Source of the DNA: Prevotella sp.
Lineage (GTDB): Bacteria > Bacteroidota > Bacteroidia > Bacteroidales > Dysgonomonadaceae
Length of the DNA stretch: 45,304 nt
Direction: 5' to 3'
Assembly (NCBI GenBank): GCA_031285625.1
Contig: JAITVV010000050.1
Span: forward strand, 1-45,304
Position 1 is the stretch's first letter. Every line of letters starts with the position of its first letter. A program made the position numbers and the translations under genes. Shown one piece after another: positions 9,036-17,802 of this stretch. Under the pieces are notes generated by a model that searched no databases, was not told where the DNA came from, and saw only the letters and a list, made by a program, of their open reading frames with translations.

Positions 9036-12000
9036 TGTTTCATCTTAATAAAATGGCTCAGGGAGCTACCTTTCTTTATAGAATCGGGAACTATCGGAAT
9101 AATAGTATCACTTATACTTGCTTTAGGTTTCAATGGGGCTTTGAATAGGTCGTTCAGATTATCAAAATCCTTCTTGTAGATGATTCCGACCCCTTGTGTC
9201 TGAGAAGTTCGTTCTGTATAATAGTATTTCTCATTGTAGTGGTTATACGCCTTTATTCGCCAGGTACCTGCATTATTTAAGAGATATTCAATATCAACAT
9301 CACTGATCATTGCTTCCTTACCAACATATATATCATTCCTGTATCCGAAATTCCCATTGATTAATAATCTATCATTCAACAAACGGCTTGATAAAAGTAA
9401 TTCTACTTCGGTATTTGTAAACTCTTTATCACTATAGCGAATATTAGTGCCAAGCTCCCATCTGTCATCTACTTTACTTACAATTTTAGTTAACTGGCTA
9501 GATAATGTAGCTGATGCTACAGCTGCAAAATCAGAAGTACTGTAAGGTGTATTGCTATCCTGAGGACTAATAAATTTAGAAAGTAATAATAGATAAGCTA
9601 CTTGTTTACTTATCATATCAGGAGTATTTATTATACTTTTTACCTGTCGGGCAACTTCAGGGTCTGCAGCCGGGAACTGTATATCAAGTCCTACATTCGG
9701 GTGTTTCAGTTGACCGGATAAGTTAAGTACACAATTGACAGGAATACTTGTTTGCCCTGTAAACTCTGAAATATCCTGATCCAGATCTCTTAAATTGGCA
9801 TTTACTTTATAAATTGCTGTTACGTCCAACTCTGCCCCAAAAGGATCTCCTCTAAACTGAACAGTACTACCATCTTCTATCGTGAAACGTCTCTCAAGTA
9901 TACGTTGGAAAGTAAAATTATAACTTCCCCTGTTTATCGTATACGTACCAAAGAGGCGAGGGGAGGCCTTTGTACTCCATTGGAACTGCATAGCTCCGCT
10001 ACCTGAACCTCTCAATACGTCACCACCTACCGGATCCATGAGAATCTCAACAACGGCATTTGGCATTGCATCTATATAGAAGTTCATATTGATGTCCATT
10101 CCCGAATCTGTTTTTATCGGGGTAGGTGAGGTTGTAACTGTTGAGTCGGCTTTCTGATCTGATTTGTATGTAATAAAAGAATATTCGTTAATTATGTCTT
10201 CCATAAAGTTCATACGCACAACAGTCTTATCTTCGGTTCTCATGCTGATATCAATGTCGACAGCACTTTCGTCACCACCAATTGTTCCTTTTCCACTACC
10301 AAATACTTTTCCGTAGAAGATTGGATTTTGTTGCACGGTAGCATTATATACCAAAAAGTTATCAGCAGATAAATCGACTAAATACATGAAGTCATGGAAA
10401 AAATCATGAGCGACTTTTCCACTGGCTATAGCCTTATTGTTAAATTCATCAGAAAGTGTAATATCTGTAAAATAGATAAGGTCTTTTTTCATATAAACCG
10501 TATCCGTAAATTTATAGTTTGTGTTTAAGAAATTGATACCAATATTACCATCTCTGATAAATGCTTTACCTTCAACCGTAACATCCGAAAAGTTTCCAAA
10601 TAGATGAACGTGTCCGGTTCCTCTTCCGCTTACATTCTGAAAAACTGCTTCTGCATATCTGTTCAAGAAGCTAATGTCAATACTATCTGCATCGAAGTTT
10701 ATAGACAATCCTTGTTTTATCGGGTCTATCTCCCCGTTTACTTTAGTTAATTTATTTTCTTTACTAAGGATTTGCCCATCCATCATGATTTTATTAGTCT
10801 CCTCGTCTAACTCGCTAAATATATTTAGCTTACCTAATTCAGTACCATTGAATTTGAAATCAGTAACTTCTAAGCGTGTGTTCAGGTAAGGCTTATTTTC
10901 AATACTTGAAGCAAATAAACTACCTGTAGCTGCACCACCGAATCTTAAAACGTCGATGGCTAATGTCTGGAAAATATATTCAAGGTTGATATTTTTTAAT
11001 TCAGCCTTTAGGATATCAGATGAACTTTTAGGGGAGTAACTACCGTTTATTCTTATTTCCTGACTATTGTCATCTGTGTAAACGGAAAAATTATTAACAG
11101 CATAATGCCCGTCCTTTATATTTATGTGAGACTTTTCCATTTTCCACATTGCATTATTTAATAATAACTCGCTAGGAAGCATGTCGATATCTATCATCAA
11201 TGGGGATTTATCTTCTTTAGTAAAAAGTGTTGCAATAGAAAACTCGCCTTTTGCTTTCTGTTTCCCTGTATTCACCAAAGAGATATTTGTATTAACCAGG
11301 TTATTATTTGCTGTTGATTTTATAGAAACTTCATTTGTTACGTCTTTTTTGCCAATAAGTAATACATCTACCTGAGTGTTGATCTGGTTATCTGAATTTT
11401 CATTTTCGGCTAGTATATAACCAGATTTGATATTCATACCTGCTGCTTTTATTACAGGGGTGAATACCTCAACCTTAAATTTATCCAATACATTGTTATA
11501 GTGCCCTACTATTTTTGCCGGGCTAATAACAGTAACAGGTAGTTTAAGAATTGTACTCAAATCTTCTGTATTACTGATAGAGAAATTGAATGTAAAGTTA
11601 TTTTCCAGCTCTTCTTTCTCTTTTTTCTTTCTGTCTTTAACTTTAATTAATGCCGGCAGGTAAGGGTGTAATGTCTGTAAAATACTATTGGTCATTGTTA
11701 GAAATGAATATTCTCCTGCTACTTCACCATTTAATATATCAGACTGTATTTTCAATCTATGACCGATCGAATCGATAGAGGATTCAACCAAGAACTTATT
11801 CATTAAAAATACTTTATTCTCGCGTAGAAAATCAATCGAATCGATACGTATATAGCCTTGCGCGTGATCTATATCTTTTCCTATAAAGTCAGCATCCACA
11901 ACGAAAGAGAGATATGAATGTTCCATCTTTTCAGCTATATGTAATTTATCCAGTTGTAAATTAGCTACCCGTGCTTTAAAGGTTAATTCAGGCATATCTT

Positions 12001-13537
12001 TATCTGTCAAATCAAAGAGCCCGGCTATGTCAAGCTTTCCATTCGGGTCATCGATAGCAAGTTTCCCATCCACGCGCAGCCCGTCATAACTGGCATCTAA
12101 CTGTATATCTTTATAAGAATATCCTTTATAATCAAAGTTAAAAATATCTCCTTCAGCCGTACCCCTTATACTTCCATGTTTTGGTTTTTCTAAGTCGACA
12201 GCTATGTTCAAAGATGTTTTATTTAAATCGTTATTTGCCAGTAATTTTCCTAGTTCAAAGTCTGATGTATAAACTTTACCTTTAATGTAAGAACTAATTC
12301 CCGGACGAGGTTCGTCCAGTCCAAAAAGCACATCTGTCTTTATCACACCGAGGTCAGTATCAAGACTACCAAAAGCGGTTAATTGATTCAGATAGCCGGA
12401 AATATCACCTTCAAAAGACATGGTTCCGAGATTTTTCAACAGCGGAGGAAGATTCGTATTAGAAGCGAAATTATCAATAATACTTTCCAGTTCAGTATAA
12501 TCTAGGGTTAACCGATCTATACTTCCCAGAATATATGCTTTTTTAGGATCGGATAAATCTTTAATTTCCACATTAGAAATAAGATGCATCGTTTTGCCGT
12601 AATCCAGTGATAGATCTTCAATATTAATATTATTCGCAGATCCATTAACGTGTCCCCGAAGTACTATACGATCGTCGAAGTTCTTTAAAGCAGGTACGAA
12701 GGCCGAAATATCCTGAGGTGAAATATATGAGGTGGCTATAATACAGTCAAGGGTAGCATAGTCCTTAACCTTTGAACTATCATCAGGAACTGTAAGATCA
12801 ATCTCACATTTGTCGAATTCTAATGATGATGCCGGCAATTGTAGGTTAAAACCTCTGACAGATATTTTTTTATTTTGTGTAATCAATCGAAAGGTCAGAT
12901 CTGAAATATCCAATCCACTTTTTTCTTTCAATGCAAATTTCTTGATTTGAATATTCAGAGAGTCTGGTAGCAACGATTTCATTGCCAGTTTTGCGTTGAA
13001 ATCGGATATTGCAATGTGATTTGCATCAAAACGGTCTTTAACGATGGGTTTATCTTTCACATCATAGTAAAATTGCCCATTAGCAATATTGACAGAACTT
13101 AGCTTTATATCAATCTTCGCTTTTGGTTTATCGTCCTGTGGCTTAAAAGCATCAATTATGTATTGAATATTCAGCGGCGCTTCAGCTGTTTCTTTAGATA
13201 GATGTACTTCGAAGTCTGTTAGCCAGGCTGATGTTATCACCACTTTCTTCTTCATCAGGGAAATGAGGTCGATACTGGCAGAAAGTTTTTCAACCATCAG
13301 AACCTTATCATTAGATTGGTCATACAGATAAACACTATCTAATTGTACAGTATTGAATAGTTGAAAATGGAGTTTTCCGATGCCGAGTTCAGTGCCTATT
13401 TTATTCTTAAGTTCGTCGACAACGATATTCTTAGCATACTCTTGAACAGCAGGCAAATTTAACAGGCCAAACAGTAGTGTTATCAGTCCTACTATTATGC
13501 CTAATACAGTGAGAAATATCTGTTTAAACCGTTTTAT
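9032..13537 (-). CDS. tamB: TamB/AsmA-like translocation and assembly module protein
   Basis: ~1500-aa beta-rich protein with a DUF490-like C-terminus (FRGDP...LDVTA, DIEYLL...WRIKAYN, QGVGIIYKKDF). The frame extends 27 codons beyond the track's start to include an N-terminal signal anchor beginning at an ATA codon. Confidence 0.85.
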   Translation of the reverse strand: MKRFKQIFLTVLGIIVGLITLLFGLLNLPAVQEYAKNIVVDELKNKIGTELGIGKLHFQLFNTVQLDSVYLYDQSNDKVLMVEKLSASIDLISLMKKKVVITSAWLTDFEVHLSKETAEAPLNIQYIIDAFKPQDDKPKAKIDIKLSSVNIANGQFYYDVKDKPIVKDRFDANHIAISDFNAKLAMKSLLPDSLNIQIKKFALKEKSGLDISDLTFRLITQNKKISVRGFNLQLPASSLEFDKCEIDLTVPDDSSKVKDYATLDCIIATSYISPQDISAFVPALKNFDDRIVLRGHVNGSANNINIEDLSLDYGKTMHLISNVEIKDLSDPKKAYILGSIDRLTLDYTELESIIDNFASNTNLPPLLKNLGTMSFEGDISGYLNQLTAFGSLDTDLGVIKTDVLFGLDEPRPGISSYIKGKVYTSDFELGKLLANNDLNKTSLNIAVDLEKPKHGSIRGTAEGDIFNFDYKGYSYKDIQLDASYDGLRVDGKLAIDDPNGKLDIAGLFDLTDKDMPELTFKARVANLQLDKLHIAEKMEHSYLSFVVDADFIGKDIDHAQGYIRIDSIDFLRENKVFLMNKFLVESSIDSIGHRLKIQSDILNGEVAGEYSFLTMTNSILQTLHPYLPALIKVKDRKKKEKEELENNFTFNFSISNTEDLSTILKLPVTVISPAKIVGHYNNVLDKFKVEVFTPVIKAAGMNIKSGYILAENENSDNQINTQVDVLLIGKKDVTNEVSIKSTANNNLVNTNISLVNTGKQKAKGEFSIATLFTKEDKSPLMIDIDMLPSELLLNNAMWKMEKSHINIKDGHYAVNNFSVYTDDNSQEIRINGSYSPKSSSDILKAELKNINLEYIFQTLAIDVLRFGGAATGSLFASSIENKPYLNTRLEVTDFKFNGTELGKLNIFSELDEETNKIMMDGQILSKENKLTKVNGEIDPIKQGLSINFDADSIDISFLNRYAEAVFQNVSGRGTGHVHLFGNFSDVTVEGKAFIRDGNIGINFLNTNYKFTDTVYMKKDLIYFTDITLSDEFNNKAIASGKVAHDFFHDFMYLVDLSADNFLVYNATVQQNPIFYGKVFGSGKGTIGGDESAVDIDISMRTEDKTVVRMNFMEDIINEYSFITYKSDQKADSTVTTSPTPIKTDSGMDINMNFYIDAMPNAVVEILMDPVGGDVLRGSGSGAMQFQWSTKASPRLFGTYTINRGSYNFTFQRILERRFTIEDGSTVQFRGDPFGAELDVTAIYKVNANLRDLDQDISEFTGQTSIPVNCVLNLSGQLKHPNVGLDIQFPAADPEVARQVKSIINTPDMISKQVAYLLLLSKFISPQDSNTPYSTSDFAAVASATLSSQLTKIVSKVDDRWELGTNIRYSDKEFTNTEVELLLSSRLLNDRLLINGNFGYRNDIYVGKEAMISDVDIEYLLNNAGTWRIKAYNHYNEKYYYTERTSQTQGVGIIYKKDFDNLNDLFKAPLKPKASISDTIIPIVPDSIKKGSSLSHFIKMKQ

Positions 13538-13708
13538 AACACATCCATTTTAGAGGTACAAAATTATCAAAAAAAGAGGATTTCCTTTCATTAAAAAACA
13601 GTTATCTTACAGATTTATTTTTCTCTTAAGATAATTTATAGAAAACCGTCTCTCCTTTTGACTTAAACAAAAGAAAAAGGTTTATGTTCTCATACGGTAA
13701 TAAAGGCT

Positions 13709-14491
13709 TTATTTAATTTTATCAAGTAGATCTTTATTTAATCGGGACAGTTCCTCTATCTTATTTTCCAGGGCGTTCATCTTTTGCAGCAATTCATCGT
13801 TATTATCCGAAACCATTTCATCAACAATTAATGAAGTAAAGAAAGACATGCCAAGCATACCACCTACAAAAACAAATAATGAGAAAAAGAACCTTATCAG
13901 TACTGATTCTGTATAAGCTATATCTGCTGCCATAAAATCGGGTATTTCGTACCAGCCCTCAATCGTAAGCATTCTAAATACAGTATAGGCTGACTCAAAC
14001 GGGTTACCAAACAGAGTAGGGTATGAGTCTTTAAAGATATATGTTAATATTGTACTGATGATAATCATCATGATTGTTGCACCAACCAGCAAGCTGGCAG
14101 AAGCTTTAAATGCACGGTTAAAGTCTTTTAATAGCTTTGTAAAGTTCGGGATGAATTTGCCAAAACGGATAAATTTAAATAGCTTGAATACCCTCAATAG
14201 AAGAATGTAATTAAAATCTGTTGGCTGTTTTTCACTGAATACAAAGAATAGAGGTACCGATGCAAGAAGTACTAACAGCATATCAAGTACATTTGCCTTA
14301 TCTCTGAAAAAATCTTTTTTATAAATGTATATCTTGTATGCAATCTCTATGAGGAATAAAAAAGTTATTAAATAATCTACAAGTTGGAAGGCTTCGTTGA
14401 ATGGTGTGTCGAATGTTAATAGTATAGTAACTATAGTATTAAGTAATATAGCACCACCAATAAACCGATTATTCAATAATAATTTAAGCAT
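13709..14491 (-). CDS. 6-TM voltage-gated cation channel (BacNav-like ion transporter)
   Basis: S1-S4 sensor with S4 'RVFKLFKFIRFGK', pore filter TIEGWYE, S6 and a C-terminal coiled coil. Confidence 0.88.
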   Translation of the reverse strand: MLKLLLNNRFIGGAILLNTIVTILLTFDTPFNEAFQLVDYLITFLFLIEIAYKIYIYKKDFFRDKANVLDMLLVLLASVPLFFVFSEKQPTDFNYILLLRVFKLFKFIRFGKFIPNFTKLLKDFNRAFKASASLLVGATIMMIIISTILTYIFKDSYPTLFGNPFESAYTVFRMLTIEGWYEIPDFMAADIAYTESVLIRFFFSLFVFVGGMLGMSFFTSLIVDEMVSDNNDELLQKMNALENKIEELSRLNKDLLDKIK

Positions 14492-15147
14492 TATCTTCGT
14501 GTTAAATCTGTGATCAGGAATGGATTGACTGTCCTTATCTCTTCCAGTATCTTTACTACTTCATCGTATGCGGATTTACTGGCTTTTATCCTGTCCATTT
14601 CATTCGATGTTAATCCTACCATCTGCAAGAAAGCTACTTCTCCATGAGGCGTTTGAATCTTTCCTAATTCCGGATCAAGGGTAAATGCTACACCTACAAT
14701 ATCTATATCTGAATTAAGGCGAATAGGTCCATTAGCCGGAATAACATGATTTTCTTCAAACCACTTACCGCTCTTTATCACATAGCGTGCCAGGTTATTC
14801 ATGAGATTCACTACCCATGTAGGATCTTCTCCATCTTCAACAAAAGGTTTTAGACGAAAAGTAAATTCAAATCCCCATTTACTAAACTCACCTCCGGCAG
14901 CTTCCTCATTATAATATAATTCAGACATTCCATAACTAACCAAATGACGATGGAATTCTCCTTTGTCAGAATCATATATACTCACACCATCCAAAGGATC
15001 ATTACCACCTACCATATAGTGTAGAGGAGGGGTATAGTGACGTGGCTTTTGGGTACCATATATCTTGTCAACTACTTTGTCTATTTCGAGCCAGCCTACT
15101 GCATCCTCTTCATCGTATGTGTTTCTGTATTCCTTTTGTGTTATCAT
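14491..15147 (-). CDS. Suppressor-of-fused (SUFU) domain protein
   Basis: GW..ID, GGNDPLDG, HLVSYGMSELY, GFEFTFRL, LARYV, TPHGEVAFLQMVGLT..E: the bacterial SUFU signature. Confidence 0.9.
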   Translation of the reverse strand: MITQKEYRNTYDEEDAVGWLEIDKVVDKIYGTQKPRHYTPPLHYMVGGNDPLDGVSIYDSDKGEFHRHLVSYGMSELYYNEEAAGGEFSKWGFEFTFRLKPFVEDGEDPTWVVNLMNNLARYVIKSGKWFEENHVIPANGPIRLNSDIDIVGVAFTLDPELGKIQTPHGEVAFLQMVGLTSNEMDRIKASKSAYDEVVKILEEIRTVNPFLITDLTRR

Positions 15148-15154
15148 AAATTAT

Positions 15155-16939
15155 CTAATCATCCAGTGTTTTCGATATTTTGTCGATGTTTAAACTACGG
15201 GCCATCGCATCAAAGATTTCTTTGTAAGTACCATCCTGATGATAAATTTCTTCATGTGTTCCTGATTCAACCACATGTCCATTTTTCATTACAAAGATAC
15301 AGTCTGAATCTATAATCTGCGATATACTATGTGAAATAATGATCACTGTACGATCTTTTTTTATAGCATCGAGACTATTCTTTATTTGCTCGGTAGCTAT
15401 AGCGTCCAGACTGGCAGTCGGTTCATCCAGAAATATAATTGGAGGATTTTTTAAGAACATACGTGCAATGGCTATTTTCTGTTGTTGTCCTCCCGATAAG
15501 GATAAGGCTGATGTCTGATAGCCTTGTTCGAATGTTATTATTTGTTCATGTATGTATGACCTTTTCGCAGCATCGATAACTTCTTCCAGAGTAGCATCCG
15601 GTTTCCCGTATCGTATATTTTCTTCTATTGTACCATTAAAGATGTGATTTTTTTGCAAAACAAGTCCAATATTTTCCCTTAGGTAAGAAGTGTCATATTC
15701 ATCTAATGAAACTCCATCCAATAAGATCTTACCTGAATCAGGTTGATAAAATTTATCCAGAAGATTTATCAATGTACTTTTGCCTGCTCCTGATAATCCA
15801 ACCAAAGCTGTAGTTTGTCCCGGTAGAATTTCCATATTGATATTGTACAAAGTTTTTAATTCATTATCAGGATAAGTAAAGTCAATATTTTTAATTTCAA
15901 ATTTACCTTTGATCTTTTTAGGGCGGTAATGTCCTGAATGTTCTATCTGATGATCTGCTTTTAAGATATCGAAGAAACTTTCCGAATAAATTAAAGCATC
16001 ATTCATCTGATCGTATATACGATGTAACTGACGGATTGGAGCTGATACATTATTAAACAACATAATGTGAAACATAATTGCTCCAATCGTCATTTTATCT
16101 GATAGAACAAGATAGGCTGTAAGAATAATGATAATGACAATCCCTATCTGTTCGATAAAGCTTTTTAGACCATCGAAAAGGAAACTCATTTTACGGGTTT
16201 TCATTTGGGCATCTGTCAAATCATTTTGTAGAGCCATCTGTTTATCACTTTCAATATTTTCTCTTATAAATGATTTGATAACCGTTATTGATTCCAGAAT
16301 ACCGAGTATTCCCTGACTTTTATTCTCTCTTAACTCTTTAATTAGACGTCGGGTACCACTCATACGAACAGCTTGTTGACGGCTAACATAATAATAAATG
16401 GGAACAATACACAACCCAACTAACCCTACATAAAAGTTGGCATTGAACATCATGATAAGTGCTACAATCGAATTGGCAAATAAAGGGAGAATATCTATGA
16501 AAAAGTTTTGTACCAGGCGTGTTAAGCTTTCTACTCCTCTATCAATCCGGGTTTGGAGTTTTCCCGGTTGATTGCCTCCCGAGCTATAAAAAGCAAGTTT
16601 ATATGTTAATATTTTATCAACGATAGATTGAGCCAGATCTTTTGCTATAAAAATCCGAAGTTTTTCACCATAGAATTTTTGACCAAACTGAATAAATGAA
16701 TTAATAATTTCTTTGCTGATAAGTATTAGCGAAATAGTGATAAGGATTGAAAGACCTTCGGCCAGCCCTTTGTGTGCTTCTACCAGAGCATTGATTTCAT
16801 CCACAGTATACCTTAAGACCCATGCATTTACCTGTGCCGTGAGTGATCCTATCAGTGTTAATACCAATGCAAGTATTACCAGCCAACGGTATGGGTAAAC
16901 ATAAGGTTTAAGATTCTTGAAAAGCTGAAGCAGTGTCAT
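15155..16939 (-). CDS. ABC exporter, fused permease/ATPase (MsbA-like fold)
   Basis: N-terminal TMD; GLSGAGKS, LSGGQQQ, FLDEPTASLD, H-loop. Start placed at ATG 16939 because the track's TTG lies in the TACATTTG promoter box. Confidence 0.92.
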   Translation of the reverse strand: MTLLQLFKNLKPYVYPYRWLVILALVLTLIGSLTAQVNAWVLRYTVDEINALVEAHKGLAEGLSILITISLILISKEIINSFIQFGQKFYGEKLRIFIAKDLAQSIVDKILTYKLAFYSSGGNQPGKLQTRIDRGVESLTRLVQNFFIDILPLFANSIVALIMMFNANFYVGLVGLCIVPIYYYVSRQQAVRMSGTRRLIKELRENKSQGILGILESITVIKSFIRENIESDKQMALQNDLTDAQMKTRKMSFLFDGLKSFIEQIGIVIIIILTAYLVLSDKMTIGAIMFHIMLFNNVSAPIRQLHRIYDQMNDALIYSESFFDILKADHQIEHSGHYRPKKIKGKFEIKNIDFTYPDNELKTLYNINMEILPGQTTALVGLSGAGKSTLINLLDKFYQPDSGKILLDGVSLDEYDTSYLRENIGLVLQKNHIFNGTIEENIRYGKPDATLEEVIDAAKRSYIHEQIITFEQGYQTSALSLSGGQQQKIAIARMFLKNPPIIFLDEPTASLDAIATEQIKNSLDAIKKDRTVIIISHSISQIIDSDCIFVMKNGHVVESGTHEEIYHQDGTYKEIFDAMARSLNIDKISKTLDD

Positions 16940-17211
16940 TGTGTAATATTTTTGCAAATGTAATTTTTTTGAACATCAAACCCAATGATAAAGTTTATTT
17001 TTACAAAAGAATATTTATCTTTGGTCGATATATGTTAAATTAATACAGACAAATAAAACCAATAATTCACAGACGTAAATGTCTAAACTTAATGATCAAA
17101 AAGGATTAAGTTTAGTACTTCTCTTTTCTAAAAAACTTCTCCCTGCCGTAGAACATAGGCAAATAATCCCAATACAAAGAAAAAATATATATTTTACACT
17201 AAATTTTAATA

Positions 17212-17772
17212 ATGAAAGCAAAAACTAATTTTCATATAATAACCGGTGGTCCCGGAGTTGGTAAAACTACACTAATCGGTGAATTACGTGAGAGAGGATA
17301 TTGTTGTGTTCCTGAAGTAGCCCGTCATATAATAAAAGAACAAATGGAAATAAATGGCGATGCACTTCCATGGTTAAATACACGGAAGTATTCAGATATA
17401 ATGCTATTACGTTCAATCCATGATTTTATAAAATATTCGGGAACTGATAAACTTCATTTTTTTGATAGGGGAATACCGGATACATATGGATATGAAGTTT
17501 TGATGAATTTTACAATGAGTAAAAAACTAAAGGATGCTGTGACTCAGTATCGTTATAATTCGAAAGTCTTTATACTGCCTCCATGGCTGGAAATATATGA
17601 AACAGACAGTGAACGTAAACAAGGTTTTGAGGAGGCTCTGAGGACATTTGATGTGATGTGTAAAGTATACTCAGATTTAGGCTATACTATTATTCAAGTT
17701 CCAAAAGCAAGTGTAGAAGAGAGGGCTGATTTTATTGTAAGCAAAATAAAAGAGGAAGCTATGGTATTATAA
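17212..17772 (+). CDS. AAA_28 / NadR-like P-loop ATPase
   Basis: ITGGPGVGKTT, PEVAR, FDRGIPD, PPW..IY..D.ER. Confidence 0.88.
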   Translation: MKAKTNFHIITGGPGVGKTTLIGELRERGYCCVPEVARHIIKEQMEINGDALPWLNTRKYSDIMLLRSIHDFIKYSGTDKLHFFDRGIPDTYGYEVLMNFTMSKKLKDAVTQYRYNSKVFILPPWLEIYETDSERKQGFEEALRTFDVMCKVYSDLGYTIIQVPKASVEERADFIVSKIKEEAMVL

Positions 17773-17802
17773 CTCCCTCCAATATATGATTCTGTATAAC
17801 TG

